NCBI GenBank assembly: GCA_963833095.1
Contig: CAWHWQ010000005.1
Coordinates: 512,001-576,000, forward strand
Direction: 5' to 3'
Length of the DNA stretch: 64,000 nucleotides
Source of the DNA: Vulcanimicrobiota bacterium
GTDB taxonomy: Bacteria > Vulcanimicrobiota > Vulcanimicrobiia > Vulcanimicrobiales > Vulcanimicrobiaceae
In this document: positions 33,426 through 41,094 of the stretch, piece after piece
How the letters are laid out: every line of letters begins with the position of its first letter
Numbering within the stretch: the stretch's first letter is position 1
Position numbers and translations under genes: made by a program
The notes under the pieces: generated by a model
The model's input: the letters and a program-made list of their open reading frames with translations, nothing else
Database searches by the model: none
Told to the model about the DNA's origin: nothing

Positions 33426-34618
33426 TGCGTGCGCTCCAGCGCTTCTCCAAACGCATCGAAAAAGTCGTGGATCTCACCGTCGCTCGACGAGAGGGGCGGC
33501 ACGAGTTGCACGACCGCGCCGATCGGCCGAGTGAAATGGCCCAAGTCGTAGAGCGCGCTTGTGACGGGCCACGCGCGAGCCGCATCGTGCAACTCGATTC
33601 CGAGCATCGTGCCCACTTGTCGAATCTCTCGAATCGCCGGATTCGCCCCGAGAACGGCCGCGCGTTCGGCAGCGACGCGCTCGATGCTTCCCGCCCGTTC
33701 GAACGTGCCTTCGGCAGCAAAGAGTTCGAGTGATGCAAGCGCGGCAGCGCACGCAATCGGGTTTCCGGCGAACGAATGTCCGTGGAAAAACTGTTTCTGT
33801 TCTTCGGGCGCACCTAGAAAGGCTTGATAGACGCGCTCTCGTGCTAGAACGGCCGAGAGCGCGAGCACCCCGCCGGTGATCCCTTTCCCGAGACAGATCA
33901 GATCGGGCCGAAGGTCGAGCTGTTCGTACGCGAACATCGTCCCCGTGCGTCCGAACCCGGTCGCGATCTCGTCCACGATGACCAGCGGCGCGCAGTCACG
34001 CAGCGGTAAATACTGCTCGAGCGGCACCAACCGCATACCGGCCGCAGCTTGAACGATCGGTTCGACGATGACGGCGGCAATATCGTCGGCATCGAGGTCG
34101 CCGGAACGCTCGTAGGTTTTGGTTTCGAACGTGATCGCTCGGTAGTGCGACTTGAAGACTGCGATGCCCGAAACGCTCATGGCTGCGGCGGTATCGCCGT
34201 GATAGGCGTCCACGAGGCGTAAAAACCGGGTGCGCCGGGGCTCGCCCACGTGCTGCCAATAGTGCAGAGCCATTTTAATACTCGCCTCAACCGCGCTTGC
34301 ACCATCGCTTGCAAAGAAGGCGTAGTCGGTCTCACAGTATTCGCACAGCGCTTGCGCGAGCGCCTCGGCCGGAAGATTGGTCGCTCCCAGCGTCGTTGCA
34401 TGATCGAGCGTCGCCGCCTGAAGCGCAATCGCGTCGACGATCGCCGGATGCGAATGTCCATGAATGATGGTCCAGATCGAACTGACCGCGTCGAAGACCC
34501 GCCGCCCGCGTGCGTCGAACAGGCTCGTGCCGTCGCCACGGACGAACGTTCGCGCGCTCGCGTCGAAGGACTGCATCTGGGTGAACGGAAGCCAGAGGTG
34601 GGACACCGCTTGAATCAT
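33422..34618 (-). CDS. bioA: 7,8-diaminopelargonate (DAPA) aminotransferase
   Basis: LWLPFTQM, YHGDT, DEIATGFGRTG, LGKGITGG, HGHSF; start ATG 34618 or GTG 34606. Confidence 0.93.
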   Translation of the reverse strand: MIQAVSHLWLPFTQMQSFDASARTFVRGDGTSLFDARGRRVFDAVSSIWTIIHGHSHPAIVDAIALQAATLDHATTLGATNLPAEALAQALCEYCETDYAFFASDGASAVEASIKMALHYWQHVGEPRRTRFLRLVDAYHGDTAAAMSVSGIAVFKSHYRAITFETKTYERSGDLDADDIAAVIVEPIVQAAAGMRLVPLEQYLPLRDCAPLVIVDEIATGFGRTGTMFAYEQLDLRPDLICLGKGITGGVLALSAVLARERVYQAFLGAPEEQKQFFHGHSFAGNPIACAAALASLELFAAEGTFERAGSIERVAAERAAVLGANPAIREIRQVGTMLGIELHDAARAWPVTSALYDLGHFTRPIGAVVQLVPPLSSSDGEIHDFFDAFGEALERTH

Positions 34619-34636
34619 GGATCAAACGAGCTTCGC

Positions 34637-36130
34637 GTGGAAGCGCCGGTAATCATCGTCGGTGGAGGGCCGGTTGGGCTTGCCCTCGCGCTGGGCCTTG
34701 CGCGCTACGGCGCGCGATCGATCGTCCTCGAGCGCAACGTCGAACCCGTCAAGGAGTCGCGCGCTGCCGTGATCTGGCCGCGCACGCAGGAGATCCTGCG
34801 CGATTGGGGAGCCTACGGCCCGCTGCGCGAAGCCGGCCGGTTCGCTCGGGTGCTGCGCGGCGTCAATGCCCGCACGCAAGCCACGTTCGTCACGATCGAT
34901 TTTTCCTCGATCGATGACGTCTTCGATGACCCAGGCGCGCTGATGCTGCCGCAAAGCCACACCGAGCGCATTCTACGCGATCTCGTGAGTTCGAACGCTT
35001 TCTGCGAGCTCCGCACGGGAATCACCGTTACCGGCCTTTCGCAAGAACCCGACGGTGTCGAGGTTCTTTTCGAAAACTCGAACGGACCGGGCCGCCTGCA
35101 CGCAGCTTTTGTCGTCGGATGCGACGGCGCACACGGTGTCGTGCGAACGGCGATCGGCCTCACGTTGCAAGGCATGACGTATGATACGCGCGTCGTGCTC
35201 AGTGACGAAACCGTCGATGCCGACATCCCAGCCGAGGTCACCGCCCGCGTGCGTTTTGACCTGCCGGGGCTTCGCGGCGCGATCCGATTCGGCGACCGCT
35301 CGTGGCGCGTGATGGCGTCGGTTCCCAAGGAGCTTAGCGACGAGGATGCGCTTTCGCTGCTTGCTCATCGCGCGCGCGTGCGCGATCTCTTCGGCGACGC
35401 GCAGTTTGAAACGCAATGGAGCAGCCTGTTCAAGATTCATCGTCGTCATGCGCAACGCTTCGTTGTTGGCCGGGTGATGCTCGCGGGCGACGCGGCGCAC
35501 CTCAACAGTCCGGCCGGCGGCCAGGGCATGAACGCGGGAATTCAAGATGCCGGGAATCTCGCGTGGAAACTCGCGTTTGCCGTGCGCAGCGAGGGTTGCG
35601 CCGAGCCGCTCCTTGCCAGTTATGACCCCGAACGGCGCGAGATCATTACCGATACGGTTGAACGAGTAACGGATCGCATTACTCGCTTCGGCATTACCTT
35701 TCCGACGCGCGCTCGCCAGTTCGTGATGCGCACGTTCGCGCGCGCGATCCGCGGCCGCGGAATGCAGCGCAAACTTTGCCGCGGCATCGGCATGCTCAAC
35801 GGCCGCTATAGTACCTCGCCGATCATCGACAACCGCCATCCCCTAGCCGGACGGCGCATCGACGATCTCCGTCTCTCCGACGGATCGCGGATCAACCTAC
35901 GCCGGGCAGGTGAAGCGATTTTGATCGTTGCCGGCGATTTTGCGTTGGGCTTGCCGCATGTACGGGTCGAGATGCCGCCGAAACGATGGCACGTGAAACC
36001 GCCGGTAGTCCTCATCGTGCGCCCGGACGGCTGCGTTGCGTCGGTAATCGAGAAGCCCAACCGCGCGCGCGTCGAAGCGGCTTGGCGGCGTGCCTTCTGC
36101 GGCGCGATCCCGCTGCCGGTCTTGGCCTAG
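34637..36130 (+). CDS. FAD-dependent monooxygenase (FAD_binding_3 type)
   Basis: IVGGGPVG, GCDGAH, LAGDAAH..SPAGGQGMNAGIQDA, VRPDG; GTG start inferred. Confidence 0.9.
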   Translation: MEAPVIIVGGGPVGLALALGLARYGARSIVLERNVEPVKESRAAVIWPRTQEILRDWGAYGPLREAGRFARVLRGVNARTQATFVTIDFSSIDDVFDDPGALMLPQSHTERILRDLVSSNAFCELRTGITVTGLSQEPDGVEVLFENSNGPGRLHAAFVVGCDGAHGVVRTAIGLTLQGMTYDTRVVLSDETVDADIPAEVTARVRFDLPGLRGAIRFGDRSWRVMASVPKELSDEDALSLLAHRARVRDLFGDAQFETQWSSLFKIHRRHAQRFVVGRVMLAGDAAHLNSPAGGQGMNAGIQDAGNLAWKLAFAVRSEGCAEPLLASYDPERREIITDTVERVTDRITRFGITFPTRARQFVMRTFARAIRGRGMQRKLCRGIGMLNGRYSTSPIIDNRHPLAGRRIDDLRLSDGSRINLRRAGEAILIVAGDFALGLPHVRVEMPPKRWHVKPPVVLIVRPDGCVASVIEKPNRARVEAAWRRAFCGAIPLPVLA

Positions 36131-37389
36131 TGTCACTACCGGCGAACAGCATCCGCGGCGCGGTCGCGCGCATTTCGGTGGGCGGCTGGTTCGAGCTTTA
36201 CGACCTGTTCATGACGGCCTACATCTCGCTCGGTTTGATTCGCGCGGGATTGTTCAGCGCTACCTCGCCTTCGCCATTCGCCTTCGCCGGATTTGCCAGT
36301 TTCATCTCCTGCGGTTTTGCCGGAATGTTCTTCGGCACACTGATCTTTGCCGGTATCTCCGACCGCTTCGGCCGCAAGGCGGCGTTTACGTATTCGCTGG
36401 TGTGGTATTCGATCTGCACGCTGGTGATGGCGTTTATGCCGAGCGGGCCCGCGATCGACTTTTGGCGCTTCCTTGCGGGCCTAGGCATCGGCGTGCAATT
36501 GGTAACCTCTGACGCGTATGTTTCCGAAATCGTCCCAAAAGAGCAGCGCGGGCGCTGGATCGCCTTCACACAGGTGATCGGCTACTCGGCCATCCCGGCT
36601 GCCGCGCTCTTCGCGTACTTGCTGGTGCCGCACACCTTCGCAGGGATCGACGGCTGGCGCTTCGTCGCGTTAATCGGTTCGCTTGGCGGCGTCGTGATCT
36701 GGTTCGTGCGCCCCGGATTGCCCGACTCCGCGCGTTGGCAAGCGGCACGCAACGAGCAAGCCGCGACGGGCCCGATCTTCACACTGAAAACGATCTTCGA
36801 TGCCACCTACCGCAAACGAACCATCATGCTCATCATCTTCAACCTGCTGCAGGCGATCGGCTTTTACGGCTTTGCTTCATGGGTTCCGATTTTTCTGGCT
36901 AAGCAAGGCGTCGAATTCACCCACTCGCTGCAATATTCGTTTTTGATAGCTATCGTCAATCCACTGGGCCCGTTGCTCGCGATGTACTTCGCCGATCGCA
37001 TTCAGAGAAAATGGCAGATCGTCGTGCTCGCGCTCATCGTCGCAGCCGCCGGCCTCGGTTTTGCCCAAGTTCGCACAGCGGTTCCCATCGTCTTCTTCGG
37101 CATCGTGGTAACGCTCGCCAATGCCTGGTTCTCCGCGACCTATCACTCGTATCAAGCCGAACTGTTTCCAACGCGCATCCGCGGACAGGCGGTGGGCTTC
37201 GTGTACTCTTGGAGCCGCTTTAGTTCGATCTTCGTGCCATTCGTGATCGCTGCCGTGCTGCGCACTCAGGGAACGCTCGGCGTGTTTCTGCTGATCGGCT
37301 CGGCGATGCTGATCGTCGCACTCGACATCAGCGTGCTCGGCCCGAACACGAATGGCCGAGACCTCGACGAACTCTCGCCGCTGAAATGA
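36130..37389 (+). CDS. MFS transporter
   Basis: FELYD, SDRFGRK, YVSEIVP..RG, ELFPTRIRG; about 12 TM segments. Confidence 0.92.
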   Translation: MSLPANSIRGAVARISVGGWFELYDLFMTAYISLGLIRAGLFSATSPSPFAFAGFASFISCGFAGMFFGTLIFAGISDRFGRKAAFTYSLVWYSICTLVMAFMPSGPAIDFWRFLAGLGIGVQLVTSDAYVSEIVPKEQRGRWIAFTQVIGYSAIPAAALFAYLLVPHTFAGIDGWRFVALIGSLGGVVIWFVRPGLPDSARWQAARNEQAATGPIFTLKTIFDATYRKRTIMLIIFNLLQAIGFYGFASWVPIFLAKQGVEFTHSLQYSFLIAIVNPLGPLLAMYFADRIQRKWQIVVLALIVAAAGLGFAQVRTAVPIVFFGIVVTLANAWFSATYHSYQAELFPTRIRGQAVGFVYSWSRFSSIFVPFVIAAVLRTQGTLGVFLLIGSAMLIVALDISVLGPNTNGRDLDELSPLK

Positions 37390-38014
37390 CGGCACTGGTC
37401 ATCGTCGGTTGCGTGTGCATCCTCGGCGGAGCGTTTGGGATCCTGATGAATTTTCGCATGAGGGCGTCGCGCCCGAATCCCGTCTTTGCCTTTGGGAACG
37501 TGCTCTTCTTCATCGGCCCGATCGTGCTCGGCATTCGCTCGATCGCGCACTCGATGAAGGACATCGAGTACTTCGCCTTCGGCTTCGCCGCCGTGGGTCT
37601 GGTCGTTATGAGTATCGGTCTCGTGCTGGGCCGTCGCCGCAATCGCATGTAGGCACGGCGATAGAGCCCGTAGCCGAAGAAGGCGACCACCGCGCAGAAT
37701 CCCGCCAACACTTCCGGGATAGACGACTGCATAACCACGCACAGGAAGTATGCTATGGGACCCAGCGCGAGGAGCACGAGTGCGAAGAACAGGGGAAACG
37801 CGATTCTGCGCTTGCGTAGCGCCCAGGCGGCGATCGCCGCAACCATCGGCGGAAGAACTAACGTCGCGCCCAAATCGAGAAAAAACCTCCCGAAGGCCGC
37901 TCCTTCGGGATTGCTTTCGGGCACTGGAGCATTCACCAGCCAGATGAATGCGCTCCAGAGCAGTAGCGGGAGGAATAAAAGCGCATAAGGCGCGACGCGT
38001 CCGATAGCTTTCAT
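37328..38014 (-). CDS. Hypothetical membrane protein (3' extent doubtful)
   Basis: MKAIGRVAPYALLFL.. with about 4 TM; TATGCT 6 nt upstream of ATG; tail runs antisense over 37386-37652. Confidence 0.5.
   Translation of the reverse strand: MKAIGRVAPYALLFLPLLLWSAFIWLVNAPVPESNPEGAAFGRFFLDLGATLVLPPMVAAIAAWALRKRRIAFPLFFALVLLALGPIAYFLCVVMQSSIPEVLAGFCAVVAFFGYGLYRRAYMRLRRRPSTRPILITTRPTAAKPKAKYSMSFIECAIERMPSTIGPMKKSTFPKAKTGFGRDALMRKFIRIPNAPPRMHTQPTMTSAVISAARVRRGLGHSCSGRAR
37386..37652 (+). CDS. Small membrane protein (3 TM)
   Basis: ATGA overlap with the MFS stop; three hydrophobic segments. Confidence 0.65.
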   Translation: MTALVIVGCVCILGGAFGILMNFRMRASRPNPVFAFGNVLFFIGPIVLGIRSIAHSMKDIEYFAFGFAAVGLVVMSIGLVLGRRRNRM

Positions 38015-38067
38015 AGGAAAAGCATAGCGGGCCGGACTGCGGCAAGCGTCCGTAGTTCTACGGAACG

Positions 38068-38598
38068 TTAGGCTTCGACGCGTTCGTCGATCGAGACGTT
38101 GTAGAGGAAGAGGAACTTGCCCCATTCGCCCGGCAGCGTGTTGCGCTTGATCTGAATCCACGGGATGTACTTGGGCTGACGCGGTTTGCGCTTGAGCGTC
38201 ATGTTCGCTTCATCCGGCGTGCGGTTGTTCTTACGGTTATTGCAACGCATGCACGCGCAGACCAAGTTTTCCCAGGTTGACGGGCCGCCCCGGCTGCGCG
38301 GCACGACGTGATCGACGGTCATCAGCTTCTCGCCGCGAATCCCGCAGTACTGGCAAGCGTGATCGTCGCGAATGAGCACGTTCTTCTTCGTGAGCGCCAC
38401 TTTTTGCATCGGACGGCGAATGTAGTAGAGCATCCGGATGATCGACGGCATGCGCATCTCGTAGCGCGTCGACGCCAGCACGCGGTCGCGATTATGAACG
38501 ATCTCGGCTTTGCCCGCGAAGAGCAACTTCACGGCTCGCTGGAAGCTCGTGATGTTCAAGGCTTCGTAGGTGAAATTCAAAACGAGAACATCACTCAC
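38068..38598 (-). CDS. HNH endonuclease (McrA-like)
   Basis: VLVLNFTYEAL N-terminus, RDDHACQYC, TVDHVVP, WENLVCACMRCNNRK. Confidence 0.93.
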   Translation of the reverse strand: MSDVLVLNFTYEALNITSFQRAVKLLFAGKAEIVHNRDRVLASTRYEMRMPSIIRMLYYIRRPMQKVALTKKNVLIRDDHACQYCGIRGEKLMTVDHVVPRSRGGPSTWENLVCACMRCNNRKNNRTPDEANMTLKRKPRQPKYIPWIQIKRNTLPGEWGKFLFLYNVSIDERVEA

Positions 38599-38602
38599 AA
38601 TG

Positions 38603-38697
38603 TCATGCTCCCTGAACGTTTCTCGTTAGGCGCAAGGAGGGAAGCGTGAGGTACGTGACCGACGCAGCAACGACACGAGAGACCTTCAGAAGCATGA
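38603..38697. repeat. Palindromic element with tandem-GA core (core A)
   Basis: Imperfect arms 38603-38626 and 38675-38697 around core TAGGCGCAAGGAGGGA..GTGACCGACGCAGCAACGAC, similar to the cores at 46515 and 46673. Confidence 0.7.
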
Positions 38698-38725
38698 AAG
38701 CGAGGCATTCACATGCCTCGCTTTC
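38696..38725 (-). terminator. Hairpin spanning the stop codon of 38709-38996; possible terminator
   Basis: GAAAGCGAGGCAT-TCAC-ATGCCTCGCTTTC, perfect 13-bp stem. Confidence 0.5.
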
Positions 38726-38996
38726 TTACGAACGTCAGTCGAGTTTCGGTCAGCATCTGAGTTATTGCTAACCTTTCGTCGGGCCGCAACCTTTCTTTGA
38801 CGCGTTCGAAGGCCACGCTTGCAACCTCGATTGCTGCATCGGCCGATCGAAAGTCCGGTTCCTTGCCCTGTTCGTCAGCGAGATAGGCGTGCGCCGCCAG
38901 CGCGAGCGTTGCGATCACTTCGGTCAGCAACGGCTCGAGCGGTGGGATCTGCCCCTGAAATCCGGACGCGCCGGACTCTGCCGCTTGCGAACTCAT
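38709..38996 (-). CDS. Hypothetical helical protein (possibly DUF1844-like)
   Basis: 95-aa ORF following pdxT; family resemblance weak. Confidence 0.6.
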   Translation of the reverse strand: MSSQAAESGASGFQGQIPPLEPLLTEVIATLALAAHAYLADEQGKEPDFRSADAAIEVASVAFERVKERLRPDERLAITQMLTETRLTFVRKRGM

Positions 38997-39007
38997 TGAG
39001 GGAGAGG

Positions 39008-39634
39008 TTACGCGGCGGAGGAAGCCTTCCCTTGCGCGCGCGCCTCTTCGATCATCCCCAGAAAGTACGCGTGGACCCGCGGATCATGGGTCAACTCGGG
39101 GTGAAAGGACGTTCCGAGCACGTTGTCCGCGCGGACCATAACACCGTGCCCGTCACGCGAGGCAAGCAACTCGACGCCGGCGCCGACGCGCTCGATCCAC
39201 GGAGCGCGAATGAAGATCGCGGGAAACGGTTTGCTGCCCAGCGCGGGGATCGACAGCTCGACTTCGGCCGATTCGTTCTGGCGGCCAAACGCATTTCGCT
39301 GCACGGTGATATCGATGAGGTCGAGGGTAGGCTGTTCGAGACCGGAGACATCGTGCGCGGCAACGATCATCCCCATACAGGTTCCCCACAGCGGCATGCC
39401 GTCGCGCACGCGTGCCACGATTGGTTCGGAGAGCGCGAAGCGGTCGAGCAACTTCATGACGGTCGTCGACTCGCCGCCCGGAATCACCAGGCCCTCAACA
39501 CGCTCGAGATCCCCGACGGTTTTTACCGGGATTGCGTCGGCCCCGGCGCGCTGCAACGCCGTGACGTGTTCGACCACGTCACCCTGGAGCGCCAGCACCC
39601 CTACGAGGGGATTTTTCTTCTCAACACTCATCAT
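39008..39634 (-). CDS. pdxT: PLP synthase glutaminase subunit
   Basis: GVLALQG, PGGESTT, GTCMG, RNAFGRQ, FHPEL. Confidence 0.97.
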   Translation of the reverse strand: MMSVEKKNPLVGVLALQGDVVEHVTALQRAGADAIPVKTVGDLERVEGLVIPGGESTTVMKLLDRFALSEPIVARVRDGMPLWGTCMGMIVAAHDVSGLEQPTLDLIDITVQRNAFGRQNESAEVELSIPALGSKPFPAIFIRAPWIERVGAGVELLASRDGHGVMVRADNVLGTSFHPELTHDPRVHAYFLGMIEEARAQGKASSAA

Positions 39635-39698
39635 TGTTAAAGGGGACCGTTCGGGGACCGAAGGCGCCCGAACGTGACGGATTCAGCAACGCTGAATC

Positions 39699-40595
39699 CT
39701 AGTTTCCACGCGTTGCGAGCAACTCCGATTCATCGAGCTTACGCACGTCGATGCCGGGCATCGCGTCGGCGGTTCCGAGCGAGCGGCATGCTTCGGCGAC
39801 GACTTTCGGATCGGTGTAATGCGTGGTCGCGTCGACGATCGCGCGCGCAAAACGCTTGGGGTCCTTGGACTTAAAGATACCGCTTCCAACGAAGATGCCT
39901 TCGGCGCCGAGTTGCATCATCAGCGCGGCATCGGCCGGCGTTGAAACACCACCGGCGCAGAACAGCACGACCGGAAGTTTCCCCGCTTGCGCGACCTCCC
40001 TGACCAATTCGTAGCTGGCGCCGATGTCGCGCGCGCGCGCAACGAGTTCTTCTTTGGGAGCCACCGACAGTTGCGAGATCATGTCTTTGATCGCGCGAAT
40101 GTGGCGCACAGCCTCGACGATATTGCCGCTGCCGGCTTCGCCCTTGCTGCGGATCATCGCCGCACCCTCGGTGATCCGGCGTAACGCCTCACCTAAGTCG
40201 CGCGCGCCGCAGACGAACGGCGTCGTGAACGCATGTTTGTCGACGTGATAGAGGTCGTCGGCCGGCGTGAGCACTTCGGACTCATCGATATAGTCGATGC
40301 CGATAGACTGAAGCACTTGCGCCTCGGCAAAGTGCCCGATGCGCACCTTGGCCATCACCGGAATCGTGACGGCATCCATGATGCCAGCGATCAGCTCGAT
40401 CGAACTCATGCGCGCAACACCGCCCATGGCGCGAATATCCGAGGGAATGCGCTCGAGCGCCATGACGGCGACTGCGCCGGCCTCTTGGGCCACGATGGCT
40501 TGCTCGGGTGTGACGACATCCATGATGACGCCGCCCTTGAGCATTTGGGCGAGCCCGCGTTTTACGGTGGCGGTGCCGGTCGACTTCTCATCCAT
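39699..40595 (-). CDS. pdxS: PLP synthase lyase subunit
   Basis: [44 protein letters not shown]. Confidence 0.97.
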   Translation of the reverse strand: MDEKSTGTATVKRGLAQMLKGGVIMDVVTPEQAIVAQEAGAVAVMALERIPSDIRAMGGVARMSSIELIAGIMDAVTIPVMAKVRIGHFAEAQVLQSIGIDYIDESEVLTPADDLYHVDKHAFTTPFVCGARDLGEALRRITEGAAMIRSKGEAGSGNIVEAVRHIRAIKDMISQLSVAPKEELVARARDIGASYELVREVAQAGKLPVVLFCAGGVSTPADAALMMQLGAEGIFVGSGIFKSKDPKRFARAIVDATTHYTDPKVVAEACRSLGTADAMPGIDVRKLDESELLATRGN

Positions 40596-40647
40596 ATCCC
40601 CATCGTATCAAGGAAAACCAATGGTGACATTAGCGACAAGTCGGAAC

Positions 40648-41094
40648 CTACCGCGTCCGAGGAGGCGTCACCGTCGGCTCGGGGCTCGGGCTTGCTTGGG
40701 TCGAGTCCTCCGAGAAGGTCGTCGAGGAGGGCGACGGGCTTGGGATCCGCGTCTGGTCCCAAATCGGTAGCTTCGGGTTCGGCGTCCAACTCGGGGTCGG
40801 CGAAGGCGAAGGCGGCTGAATCGGCGTCGGGACGGGTTTCGGCGGAACGCGCGGGTCGGGGAAGTGCGGATCGCCGGCTGCGGCGAGGGTCTGCGAACGC
40901 TTCCAATCCGCCCCGTACGGCCCGTCGGTCGGCTGCGGAACCGGGGTGATCAACGGCGTCTGGGTCAGGTTGTCGTTATCCGCCGCCTCGGTCATCACGC
41001 GATCTCCCATATGCTCGCCCAAAAGAATCGCAGCCAGAAGCACGACCACACCGGCCGCCAGGAGCATCGTCGCAAATCTCTTCGGGGGGCTCAT
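40648..41094 (-). CDS. Membrane-anchored Pro-rich hypothetical protein
   Basis: N-terminal TM segment, PTP/PSP tracts; abuts the stop of the upstream gene. Confidence 0.65.
   Translation of the reverse strand: MSPPKRFATMLLAAGVVVLLAAILLGEHMGDRVMTEAADNDNLTQTPLITPVPQPTDGPYGADWKRSQTLAAAGDPHFPDPRVPPKPVPTPIQPPSPSPTPSWTPNPKLPIWDQTRIPSPSPSSTTFSEDSTQASPSPEPTVTPPRTR

Noticed and set aside
38068..38598. IscB/HEARO-type RNA-guided nuclease
   Set aside because: No PLMP or RuvC motifs; this is a short stand-alone McrA-like HNH
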